From an uncultured candidatus Porisulfidus sp. (GTDB lineage Bacteria; Pseudomonadota; Gammaproteobacteria; Poriferisulfidales; Oxydemutatoraceae): a DNA stretch of 64,000 nt. The notes under the pieces are model-generated. The model did not search any database and was not told the origin of the DNA. It worked only from the letters and a program-made list of their open reading frames with translations. The stretch's first letter is position 1; every line of letters begins with the position of its first letter. Location of the stretch: the NCBI GenBank assembly GCA_965215125.1, contig OZ244052.1:864001-928000 (forward strand). Direction: 5' to 3'. Made by a program: the position numbers and the translations under genes. Of this stretch, positions 43,799 to 53,503 are shown piece by piece.

Positions 43799-45136
43799 AT
43801 GAAATATCTCAAAAAACTAACAGTAACTATGATTAGCTGTTTACTCTTTACAATACCCACATCTGCATTCGCCGATGCATTTGAAGGTTTATCGATGATG
43901 CGCATGGGCGCATGGGAGGTTGACTTCAGCGGTAACGTAAATGCTTTTGCCACCATAGGCGAATGTGATCCGCAAATAGAAGGTACTTTAGTCGGAGGCG
44001 GTTTAGCCTGTCTAGGAAACGCTAACGACGAAGATTACACCGATGTCAGAGATGGTCTATTGCCGTCATGGTTCAACTTCACCGCTGCGACGGTCACCGA
44101 TAGCGGCATCAGAACCGCCGTTCATCTCAGTTTCCAGCCTGGTACCAGTACTGGGCCTAGTGGTATAGGTATTAATAGAGATGGTGCTCTAGGTCAAAAT
44201 GATGTTAACTTCCGCCAAGTCTTCTTGACTTTCGGCACCGAACAATGGGGCACGATCAAGTTGGGACGCGATCTGGGTGTCTTCGGCAGCGATGCAATCC
44301 TAGAAGATATGACGCTGCTTGGTGTCGGGTCGGGTGCAAATCTTGATGGCCACACTACGCTAGGTCGTATTGGTGTCGGTTATTTGTATGCCGACTGGAA
44401 AGCCCAAGTCCAATATACCTCGCCGAACATGAACGGTTTTACATTCACTGGGGCGATCGTTGATCCTTGGGAAGCAGGTACGCTTGCTGGTGCTCAATAT
44501 AGCCGCGTTGGTGCTCAAACTCAAGAAGATGATACCTATGGTATTGAAGCCAAGCTCAACTACAACTATGCGCTGGGTGACACTTCGGTGAAATTCTGGG
44601 CAGGCTATATCCGCCAAGATTTAGACTTTGAGGACGGCAACGATGCCGAAGCCGATGGTTATGATATCGGTGTCAAGTGGGGCCACGGCAGCTTTGATGT
44701 CGTCGGCTACTACTACGACGGCGAAGGCATCGGCACCACCGGTTTTCTGTTGGATGGCTTGGATGCCGACGGCAACGAGCGCGACTCGGACGGTTTTTAT
44801 ATCCAAGGTCGCTACCGTATGCCTACCGGAACCCTGCTCGGAGTCAGCTACGGCGAAAGTTCGCTGGACGAAACCGCTTATGACCGGACACAGAAAAACA
44901 TGGATAGAGCGAGAATAGCAGCCCTTACACCAACAGCAATAGCAGCAGACCCTACTCTCACCAACCCCACATATAACTTGGTTGATACCAACGAATCTGT
45001 GGTAGTCGGTCTTTATCATCCGATAGGTGAAGCGTTAAATTTAGTGCTTGAATACACCGATACCGAAGCCGAATCGCATAGCGGCATCACCAACGAGGAA
45101 ACAACATTGGCAATCGGTGCCATTATGTTCTTTTAA
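43799..45136 (+). CDS. Gram-negative porin
   Basis: GGAGG RBS; signal peptide; RQVFLTFG..WGTIKLGRD; C-terminal Phe. Confidence 0.88.
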   Translation: MKYLKKLTVTMISCLLFTIPTSAFADAFEGLSMMRMGAWEVDFSGNVNAFATIGECDPQIEGTLVGGGLACLGNANDEDYTDVRDGLLPSWFNFTAATVTDSGIRTAVHLSFQPGTSTGPSGIGINRDGALGQNDVNFRQVFLTFGTEQWGTIKLGRDLGVFGSDAILEDMTLLGVGSGANLDGHTTLGRIGVGYLYADWKAQVQYTSPNMNGFTFTGAIVDPWEAGTLAGAQYSRVGAQTQEDDTYGIEAKLNYNYALGDTSVKFWAGYIRQDLDFEDGNDAEADGYDIGVKWGHGSFDVVGYYYDGEGIGTTGFLLDGLDADGNERDSDGFYIQGRYRMPTGTLLGVSYGESSLDETAYDRTQKNMDRARIAALTPTAIAADPTLTNPTYNLVDTNESVVVGLYHPIGEALNLVLEYTDTEAESHSGITNEETTLAIGAIMFF

Positions 45137-45168
45137 GTACAACAATATCCTTCATATATACTCGTAAT

Positions 45169-45204
45169 GCTGTTGCCGGCTTATCACCGGCAACAGCCTT
45201 TCTT
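45169..45204 (+). terminator. Intrinsic terminator after the porin gene
   Basis: GCTGTTGCCGG-N7-CCGGCAACAGC followed by CTTTCTT. Confidence 0.7.
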
Positions 45205-45220
45205 AAAAACACTCCCCCTA

Positions 45221-45247
45221 AGGGCGGACATGCAAGTCCGCCCCTAC
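45221..45247. repeat. GTAG-type REP-like palindrome (repeat C), intact copy
   Basis: AGGGCGGACATGCAAGTCCGCCCCTAC; variants at 13120, 24526 and 34937. Confidence 0.85.
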
Positions 45248-45534
45248 GGAGGGGTGTTAGGCGTAGCGTATCTGCACAAGTATAGTGTCAGTACATTCCC
45301 CTCCTTCGGAGGGGTGGCCTATGCATTTTGCAATGCATGCGTTTAGCAGTAATGTTGAGGTTCTGAACAAAGTCACGCCGATTGACCTACTGGTTCAATC
45401 GGCAGTTCTATTCAGCCTGACGGGGTGGTCTCCAACCGCTTGCGCCATTTGGTTTTGGTTTCCATAAACTGCGATGAATAAATGTATAAATCATGCAGGC
45501 GCAACGCGTTACAGGCGGACAGATATATTAAACC

Positions 45535-45740
45535 GCAGCTTATTTGATATAAGATAAACGCTTAGGTAGATGCAGTGCCTAGGAAGTCGGAGGAGACACG
45601 CTGCAGGACGGACAAGGCATTAAAGCCTGGTTGCATGAAAAGCACTCCTCCGGCGTTATGACTATAGAGCTCGAAAGGCATCTTGGGACTTTAGATCTCG
45701 TATTTATCTGTTTGAGCGGCGTAGTCATACTTTCCTAGAC
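45535..45740 (+). ncRNA. IS110 bridge RNA (boundaries approximate)
   Basis: Nested stems with two internal loops whose sequences match the target and donor junctions. Confidence 0.82.
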
Positions 45741-45795
45741 TTTGCTTGCTACCTATTATTTCATTAACTCAACAACCCATATGGAGAACATTATT

Positions 45796-46782
45796 ATGGA
45801 AAACAAACAACCCGTCACAATTGGCGTTGATGTCTCTAAAGAGACTTTAGAAACAGCTCTATTATTCACCGATAATAGTTTTGCCGAGCAGCAATTCAGT
45901 AATGATGCCAAAGGCATTAAACAACTGTTATCTTGGGCTACCGAGCATGGTGCGCAACAGTGTCGCCTCTGCGTTGAGGCAACCGGCGGTTTTGAGCTAG
46001 ACCTGTGCATGGAAAGCTATGACCAACATCCCATCACGATTGTGCCACCTGTACAGGTCGCGAGCTACCGCAAAACGCTGGGTATGCGTAATAAAACCGA
46101 TGGCGTTGATGCGCAACTCATCGCACGCTTCGCATTTGCAGTCGGTGATATTCAAGACTGGGAACAGCCTACCGAAGCAGTATTCGCCTTGAGAGATACA
46201 CTGAAATGGCGCCGGCAATTAACCAAGTCCCATACGCAGTTAAGCAACTGTGCAAAGACGCTGCGCAGTATGCAGCTCAAAAAGAAGGCAGCTGCAGAAC
46301 TCGCTCACCTCCAGAAGCAAATCCATGAGTGTGACGCCTTACTTTACGAAATCATCGCTGAAGACGAACAACTCACACAGCAGTATCAATTGCTCTGCTC
46401 TATTACTGGAATCGGAACTCAAACCGCAGCCACCCTATGTGCAGCTTTTGATGATAATACGTTTCAACACCCAAAGCAACTTGCCGCCTATATCGGCATC
46501 ACTCCGATGCGCAAGCAATCCGGCAACTACGAGGCGAAGGCGCACATCTCTAAAATTGGCGATGCACACCTGCGCACCGCACTATTTATGGCGGCACTCT
46601 CGGCTCGGGTTCATAACCCAATCGTCCGTGCGTTCGCCGACCAGTTAAGCCGGCGGCGTCCGGATTTAACCAAAAAGCAGGTTATTGTTGCTTGCGCCCA
46701 TAAACTGACGCGTATCATTTACGGAATACTCAAGCACAAGAAACCGTTTGACCCGAATTATTGTTGCGTATCTGCGTCCTAA
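45796..46782 (+). CDS. IS110 DEDD recombinase/transposase
   Basis: GVDVSK, VEATG and KTDGVDA give D-E-D-D; serine motif QSG; LRTALF, AHKL. Confidence 0.95.
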   Translation: MENKQPVTIGVDVSKETLETALLFTDNSFAEQQFSNDAKGIKQLLSWATEHGAQQCRLCVEATGGFELDLCMESYDQHPITIVPPVQVASYRKTLGMRNKTDGVDAQLIARFAFAVGDIQDWEQPTEAVFALRDTLKWRRQLTKSHTQLSNCAKTLRSMQLKKKAAAELAHLQKQIHECDALLYEIIAEDEQLTQQYQLLCSITGIGTQTAATLCAAFDDNTFQHPKQLAAYIGITPMRKQSGNYEAKAHISKIGDAHLRTALFMAALSARVHNPIVRAFADQLSRRRPDLTKKQVIVACAHKLTRIIYGILKHKKPFDPNYCCVSAS

Positions 46783-46966
46783 ATTGATACTCAGAAGAGA
46801 AGATAGAAAAAGATAAAAAACGAATAAAATAACTTGACTTTGAATAAGGCATCATGCAAGTCCGCCCCTACAATTGGTTTGCGTAATTAGGGGGCGCACA
46901 GCGGTTGGATTTTTGCGCTGCCAATACTTTTACAACAGCCCCGTAGTTTAATGCTAAAATGGCGTA

Positions 46967-47785
46967 ATGCTTTCATACCACACATTCTATAAAATCATCG
47001 TTTATGTATCGGTAATCCTTGCGATACCGATAGGTGCATACGCTCAAGTCGGGCAATGGCAGGAGGGTGAGTTTGTCAAACTCGTGGCACGCGACGGTAC
47101 TCCCGGAATTAGTAATAACCACCCGCTTAAAATTAACCCGCAAACACTTACCGCCGTCCTCGCCGAAATAAAAATTTTGCCTAAAAAGGCGTCCGACGAC
47201 GACGAAGTACCGGAACTGCTGTTCTCAAAATCAAAAACCGAATCTTTGGGAATCAAACTGAGCGAAGCCTTCGGCAAAGCACGCCCGGACGAGGACATCG
47301 CTTTTCAGGTAATGGAAGTATCGCCGCTACTCGGCAAACTCATCAGCAAACCGGTTTATACCACCGGGCGTATGTTCTGGAGAAATAAGCGGTTGCAAAT
47401 AGTCTTCGGGTCTATACAACGAGGCATCGCCAAGCGTAAGTTATTGGGGCAAGATGCCGGCGTTATCAACCCACCGAAAATCGGTAGCCGTGAGCGTGTG
47501 ATTGATTCCGATTATAAGCCTGCGCTATTTCCCGGCACTCGCTACGCAGAAACTCGAAGCGGCACCGTGCGTAGCGACTGGCTTATGATAGACCCGCGCG
47601 AAACCTTGCGCGCACTTTCCGATGCCAAAGAGCAAACCGAGATGCAAACCGAGAACGAGCGCAAAGCGAAACCCGACAACTCCGTCGAGGCGCGTCTCAG
47701 ATATCTGAAAGGCTTGCGAGAACGGGATTTGATATCCGAAGAAAATTACCGATACAAAGTGCGCCAAATTTTGGATAAACTTTAG
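46967..47785 (+). CDS. Exported hypothetical protein with a C-terminal SHOCT-like domain
   Basis: Signal peptide; RLRYLKGLRERDLISEENY. Confidence 0.7.
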   Translation: MLSYHTFYKIIVYVSVILAIPIGAYAQVGQWQEGEFVKLVARDGTPGISNNHPLKINPQTLTAVLAEIKILPKKASDDDEVPELLFSKSKTESLGIKLSEAFGKARPDEDIAFQVMEVSPLLGKLISKPVYTTGRMFWRNKRLQIVFGSIQRGIAKRKLLGQDAGVINPPKIGSRERVIDSDYKPALFPGTRYAETRSGTVRSDWLMIDPRETLRALSDAKEQTEMQTENERKAKPDNSVEARLRYLKGLRERDLISEENYRYKVRQILDKL

Positions 47786-47866
47786 TGTTTATCCGACGAC
47801 AAAATTCAAATCGGATATTACCCGATAGAATGATTAGATCAACTTAATACAAAGGAGGAAACCCTC

Positions 47867-48910
47867 ATGCCGAACGACTTTTACAACGAAAAAAATCATG
47901 GAAGCTATGAGATTTTTAATCTCGGTGATTTTGAATTACAACGCGGTGGGTCCTTGCCGAATTGCAAACTCGCTTATGCAACGGCGGGTGAACTCGCCGA
48001 CACAAAAGACAATGCGATACTCTTTCCGGTGATGTTCTCCGGAACCAGCGGTAGCCTGCAGCATTATATAGGCGAAGGGCTGGCACTCGATCCTAAAAAA
48101 TACTTCATCATTATCCCCAACCAACTCGGCAACGGGCTTTCCAGTTCCCCCAACAATAGCGAGGCACCGTTCGATGCAGGCTCGTTTCCACCGCTGGATA
48201 TCGCCGACGATGTACGGGCGCAACACCGCTTGCTCGGCGAACACTTCGGCATCACCGAACTACAACTGGTTGTCGGCTGGTCTATGGGAGCACAGCAGAC
48301 TTATGAATGGGCAGTGCGCTATCCGGAGATGGTACGCCGCGCCGCTCCGATTGCCGGCACCGCCAAGGTGACTCCGCACGACGCACTTTATGTGGATACC
48401 TTTTGTGAGGCACTCAAATCCGATCCGGTTTGGAACAACGGGAATTACGGGGACGATGTCGTCAAAGACGGTTTGCAACTTTTGGCTCGGGTATTCGCAC
48501 TGATGGGTGTATGCCCCGAATTCTACAAGCAGCAACTGTGGCAAAAGATAGACATTAAATCTATGGACGAATTTCTGAGCGGCTTTTGGGAAAAATGGTT
48601 TGCACCGATGGACCCCAATGTGCTGTTGTGCATGGCGGACAAATGGAAAAACGGCGATGTGAGTATCCCGTACGACGGCGATTTGAATAAAGCCTTGCAG
48701 CGTATTACCGCCCGCACAACCGTTATCGCTTTTTCCGAAGATATGTTTATACCCGAACAAGATTGCCGTGCCGAACAAGCGATGATACCCAACTCTAAAA
48801 TAGAGGTGCTGGATAGCCTATGGGGGCATTTCACGACCTTAGGTTTATTCGAAGAGGACTTTAAGCGTATCAACGAGATACTCGGCGACCTATTGGCTCA
48901 ATCGGCGTAA
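47867..48910 (+). CDS. Homoserine acetyltransferase-like alpha/beta hydrolase
   Basis: GNGLSSSP, GWSMGA nucleophile elbow, WGH. Confidence 0.85.
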   Translation: MPNDFYNEKNHGSYEIFNLGDFELQRGGSLPNCKLAYATAGELADTKDNAILFPVMFSGTSGSLQHYIGEGLALDPKKYFIIIPNQLGNGLSSSPNNSEAPFDAGSFPPLDIADDVRAQHRLLGEHFGITELQLVVGWSMGAQQTYEWAVRYPEMVRRAAPIAGTAKVTPHDALYVDTFCEALKSDPVWNNGNYGDDVVKDGLQLLARVFALMGVCPEFYKQQLWQKIDIKSMDEFLSGFWEKWFAPMDPNVLLCMADKWKNGDVSIPYDGDLNKALQRITARTTVIAFSEDMFIPEQDCRAEQAMIPNSKIEVLDSLWGHFTTLGLFEEDFKRINEILGDLLAQSA

Positions 48911-49186
48911 CATTGTGCAGAACTCTGATGCATAGTACAAAATGTAAAGCCTTTCCATGGGGTGGTTCCAACCTTAACCCACTCGCACGATTAACGCATC
49001 CACCCATTGATTTATGGGAGTCAAAACCAAGTGGCGCATGATAGTTTTCGCAACTCATCCATTTTTTTGATACCGTTCGTCGGAAATGTGAAACAGCACC
49101 AGATCGCCCATTTTATGATCCGACCCTGATTAAACGGCTTGCTATGACGCAAGCTCTTTTTTATAATTCAACTTAAGAGGTTAAAA

Positions 49187-49669
49187 ATGGAAAATATAGA
49201 GAGTGTAGATAACTTAACGATTGAAACCATTTACAAAATGGTGCTTGAAATGAAGTCAAAGCTGGACTTTCTAGAATCGGAAACGCATGCCCCACAATCT
49301 GACAAGGCAGGTTTATACATGGAAAGTATAGATCTAAGACTAAGCAATGTTAATTCCGACATCGTAGAAATAAGAGCCGATATAGAAAGCATAAAGCTAA
49401 GATCGAGCAATGTTGAGACTGACATTGTAGAAAGTATAAAGCTAAGACTGAGCAAAGTTGAAGCCGACATCGTAGACATGAAAACTGATATAGCGGTTAT
49501 AAAAGCCGATACAGAAAGCATGAAACTGCGACTAATCAGGATTGAAACCGACATTGCAGACATCAAAGCAGAACAATCTAAATTCTATAAATGGGGTTTA
49601 GCGTTAACCGCCGGCATTATTGTCTCGGTAAGTTCTATTGTTAGTTTGGTTGTAATTTTTACCAGCTAA
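49187..49669 (+). CDS. Coiled-coil repeat protein with a C-terminal TM anchor
   Basis: Four ES(I/M)xLRxxxxxxDI repeats; hydrophobic C-terminus. Confidence 0.7.
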   Translation: MENIESVDNLTIETIYKMVLEMKSKLDFLESETHAPQSDKAGLYMESIDLRLSNVNSDIVEIRADIESIKLRSSNVETDIVESIKLRLSKVEADIVDMKTDIAVIKADTESMKLRLIRIETDIADIKAEQSKFYKWGLALTAGIIVSVSSIVSLVVIFTS

Positions 49670-49772
49670 CTCCTAATCCATAGCCTGACAGGGTGGTTGC
49701 AGAAATGGGGCTGTTGAAAAAGTATCCATGAACTATAGGGACGGTACATTCCCCTCCTGTGGAGGGGTGGCA

Positions 49773-51581
49773 CCCTAATTCCGCAATAGACCACCTGCAA
49801 AAGTCCGTAATCTCTTATGTTGCAACACTCTCATGCATATTCCCAATTCACCCATTAGGTGAAACATAATTATTACTAATTTTTTACATAAAACTCTGTA
49901 CAACGCCTTATTTTTTTGTTACTATTTACCAATTAATAACTTCGGAGGTATTATGTCAAAACAAAAAAATCAGCACAATCAATCATCGTATACGCTAGCT
50001 ACCACCCACCAGAAATTGACCTCTCGTTGTGGTTTGTTGGCATTGATTAAAGTGCTCAAAGCACTACAACTTAAGCCACAAGCAGACACTGTGTTTGCGG
50101 CACCGGGTAGCAATCGTGGCTACCGCAATGGCGACATTCTAACGAGCTTCATCTTGATGCTCAACGAGGGTGCGAGATGCCTTGAGGATGTCTGCCATTT
50201 ACACACCGAAAGGGTGTTGCTTAAGCTGGGAGGTATTAACAAGATACCGGGAGCAGACACTTTGGCGAGGTGGTTGAAACGCCATGGTCAAGCCGGTGCC
50301 GGTTTAGTTCACCAGCTCAATCGCACGGTGATTGCCAAGACCCTGAAGTTGTGGAAAGTAAAGCATGTGACTTTGGATATTGATGCGACTACTATTTTGA
50401 CCGAGAAAGTCGGTGCTAAATGGACGCGTTTTAAGGAGCGTGGTTTCATGCTAATGGTCGGCACGCTAGCTGAAGTGGGTCAAGTCATCGCCGTTGAGTT
50501 GCGCCACGGCAATGTCTCCCCGAACTTTGATAATATCGGTTTCATCAAGACCTGCCAAGCACAGTTGCCGAGTGGCGTAATACTCAAGCGGGTGCGTATC
50601 GACTCGGCAGGGTATCAACAAGCAATCATTGAATATCTAGTAGCTCAAGGAATAGAGTTTGTTATTCGTGCGCCGATGTACCCGTCAATAGCGCAAGCGA
50701 TTGCTGGTCTGTCGGAAGCAGACTGGCGACCATTGCGATTAAGCGACGGCAGTTTATCACCCCACGACTATGTGGCTCGCTGCACTTATCAGATGTATCG
50801 CAGCAACCTCGTATTTACGCTAGTCATTCAACGCCGCCTCAAGAGCGAAGCCGCTCGACAGTCTAACCAACCGGAGTTGTCGGGACTGTCTGAACAGCTG
50901 CGCTATCAACCCGACAAGTATGACTATCGTGTGATTGCGACTAACATCAACGGGCTAGACGATGCACAGATTGTACATGAGTATAATCAACGCGGTGAGC
51001 ATTCCGAAAACCGCATTAAAGAACTCAAATCGGATTTTGTTGCCGGTCGTTTGCCGTGTAGTGATTTTGCTGCCAATGCTCTGTATGTTTGTGTGTGTGC
51101 TTTAGCCTACAATGTGTTCGCACTGATGCGTGCCGGCTTAGCTAAACAGTTTCGTTCCTCTAGAGCCCCGACGCTCAGGGTCCGCCTGTTTGGTTTAGCG
51201 GCGAAGATTGTACGACAGGGTCGGCAATGGAAGCTCAAACTACACGAAGTGCATCGTAGTTTATTGAGTGGAGTTTTCTCAGACCTTGATGAGACTATCG
51301 GCAAGCTATTGCCGGATATGCGATACCCCTTGCTACATTAACTAGCCACCTTATCTCTTCATTACTCATAAGGCATCAATCAAAGTAGATGCCATGCCCC
51401 AGCATACCCTAATACTAGAGATTAGAGTACTTTGATGCTTCATTTAGCTCTCAATAGGAGTTTATCTCCCGTCACCGAGCAATGATGTGGCATTCAGTTT
51501 CGGGTTCAGGCGATTGCCCTGATAATTTAGCAGTAAATTATCCATCACATGCAATTTTCATGCTCTATTGAGAAATTAGGG
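49773..51581 (+). mobile_element. IS1380-family element inserted in repeat A
   Basis: TIRs CCCTAATTCCGCAATAGA and CCCTAATTTCTCAATAGA (16/18); TGGCA target duplication at 49768-49772 and 51582-51586. Confidence 0.92.
49953..51341 (+). CDS. IS1380-family DDE transposase
   Basis: LTSRCGL, LDIDAT, RIDSAG, YNQRGEHSENRIKELK. Confidence 0.93.
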   Translation: MSKQKNQHNQSSYTLATTHQKLTSRCGLLALIKVLKALQLKPQADTVFAAPGSNRGYRNGDILTSFILMLNEGARCLEDVCHLHTERVLLKLGGINKIPGADTLARWLKRHGQAGAGLVHQLNRTVIAKTLKLWKVKHVTLDIDATTILTEKVGAKWTRFKERGFMLMVGTLAEVGQVIAVELRHGNVSPNFDNIGFIKTCQAQLPSGVILKRVRIDSAGYQQAIIEYLVAQGIEFVIRAPMYPSIAQAIAGLSEADWRPLRLSDGSLSPHDYVARCTYQMYRSNLVFTLVIQRRLKSEAARQSNQPELSGLSEQLRYQPDKYDYRVIATNINGLDDAQIVHEYNQRGEHSENRIKELKSDFVAGRLPCSDFAANALYVCVCALAYNVFALMRAGLAKQFRSSRAPTLRVRLFGLAAKIVRQGRQWKLKLHEVHRSLLSGVFSDLDETIGKLLPDMRYPLLH

Positions 51582-52475
51582 TGGCAGGCGCAATAGAACC
51601 GCCGTTTGTTGTAAATAACCGTTCCTTGTTGCAGTAGCACAAGGAACGTCACCTTATACAAGATTCAGCTATTTATGGCTGTTAGAAATAATACGAATAG
51701 CAAAGACAAACGGCGTGACATTGTGCAGAACTTTGATACATAGTACAAAATGTAAAGCCTTTCCTTGGGGTGGTCGCAGCGTGGGGCTGTTGAAAAAGTA
51801 TCCATGAACTATAGGGACGGTACATTCCCCTCCTGTGGAGGGGTGGCAGGCGTAGCCTGACGGGGTGGTTGTCAAATATGGAAACCATAATCGGGCGGCG
51901 CAAAGCGATTGGGTTCTTGCAAAACGGGACTTTTTCAACAGCCCCGTCGTATCTGTACTATGTTTATACATTTATCCATCCAATTTATGGAAACCATTAT
52001 TTGTTGGCGCAAGCGGTTGGTGTCGTGCAGAACGGTACTTAAGGGCAGACATCAGAATTGCCGATTGACCTACTGGCTCAATCGGCGGCTTTATCCTGCT
52101 CCTACAGGTGGTTTGCAAATATTCACGACGCAAGCAGTTACGGTTGCACGCTGACGATACTTTTTCAACAGCCCCAGAAATATCTGCACAATTTAATTCC
52201 CCTCCTTCGGAGGGGTGGCCTATGCATTTTGCAATGCATGCGTTTAGCAGTCATGTTGAGGTTTTGAACGAAGTCACGCCGATTGACCTACTGGTTCAAT
52301 CGGCGGTTCTCTTCAGCCTGACGGGGTGGTCGCCGGGGTCTTGCACAATGTCACGCCGATTAACCTACGGGCTTAATCGGCAGCTTTGTTCTGCCCCTAC
52401 AGGTGGTTTGGATAATTATGCGGCGCACAGCGGTTGAGTTTGTGCGATGTCCGCACTTTTTCAACAGGCCCAAGT
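51582..52475. repeat. Large nested mosaic of repeats A, B, C and D
   Basis: Full D copy at 51783-51945; D right ends at 52175 and 52471; 52195-52330 nearly duplicates 45295-45430. Confidence 0.88.
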
Positions 52476-52494
52476 AAGTTATCCGCGCAATCGG

Positions 52495-53481
52495 CTACGA
52501 CACTAATGCCGTAACGACTTTACGCGTGGCTTCGGTTATGCCTTCCTCCGACTGGCTGTGCCCGGCTTTTTCTACGGTGACAACTCGGCTGTACGGCCAG
52601 CGACGCGCTAAAGAATACGCGGTTTGCGGTGGACACAGTAGATCGTAGCGAGCTTGGACGATAATACCGGGGATATTATGCAAACAATCGGCGTTTTCAA
52701 GCAATCGCCCCGGCGATAGAAAACAATGATTGGAAAAGTAATGTGCTTCCATGCGAGGTGTAGCGGGCATTTGATCCCGTTTCCCGACGGCATCCAGCGA
52801 TAGCTTTGAAGGTAAAATTTGCTCGGTAGGCAACGGTGGTTGCAATACCGACAAAGCTCGCTCGTAATCGTGCCAAACGAAGATCGCCGGATGAGAGACC
52901 GACGGGTCGTCGTCGAGGATGCGTTTGTAATACGCTTGCAGAGGTGCTTGCCTTTCATCTTCGGGCAATAAACCGACAAAAATTTCGTACAGTTCGGGAT
53001 AAAAAATCTTAGGCAAGTCTATAAAAGCTCGCTGTATTTCATCGTCGCCGCCCAAAAACAAAGAGCGCAAAACAAGTCCGGCGACGGCGGAAGGGTAGTG
53101 TTCGGCATAGGCTATCGCCAGCAAGGCACCCCACGACCCACCGACTACCATCCATTTTTCTATTTTCAGATTACTGCGTATTAGCTCGATATCTTCAATC
53201 AGATATCGGGTCTCGTTTTGTTCTAGACAGCCTTTGGGTGTGCTGTCGCCGGCACCGCGCTGGTCGGGGGCAACGATGCGAAATTTCTCAAGATCGAACA
53301 AGTCGCATAGGCTATTGCGACAACCGCTACCGGGGCCGCCGTGTAGAAAAACAACCGGATAACCATTCTCGGAACCGTATTCTTTTACCATAAGTTTATG
53401 AACGGTATCGGTTTCTATCCGATAACTACAGCGAGGTTCAATATCGGGCATCTTAAATTTATGAGGATTGTCTGCTTTCAA
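52495..53481 (-). CDS. pip: Prolyl aminopeptidase
   Basis: LHGGPGSG, DQRGAG, GGSWG, RYD, AGHS. Confidence 0.9.
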   Translation of the reverse strand: MKADNPHKFKMPDIEPRCSYRIETDTVHKLMVKEYGSENGYPVVFLHGGPGSGCRNSLCDLFDLEKFRIVAPDQRGAGDSTPKGCLEQNETRYLIEDIELIRSNLKIEKWMVVGGSWGALLAIAYAEHYPSAVAGLVLRSLFLGGDDEIQRAFIDLPKIFYPELYEIFVGLLPEDERQAPLQAYYKRILDDDPSVSHPAIFVWHDYERALSVLQPPLPTEQILPSKLSLDAVGKRDQMPATPRMEAHYFSNHCFLSPGRLLENADCLHNIPGIIVQARYDLLCPPQTAYSLARRWPYSRVVTVEKAGHSQSEEGITEATRKVVTALVS

Positions 53482-53503
53482 TCGGTGTTTAACACACCGA
53501 GAA

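Larger units (their letters stand above)
45520..46854 (+). mobile_element. IS110-family element inserted in repeat C at a CA core
   Basis: Left junction GGCGGA-CA-GATATATT and right junction AAGGCAT-CA-TGCAAGTCCGCCCC; removing the element restores repeat C. Confidence 0.92.
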
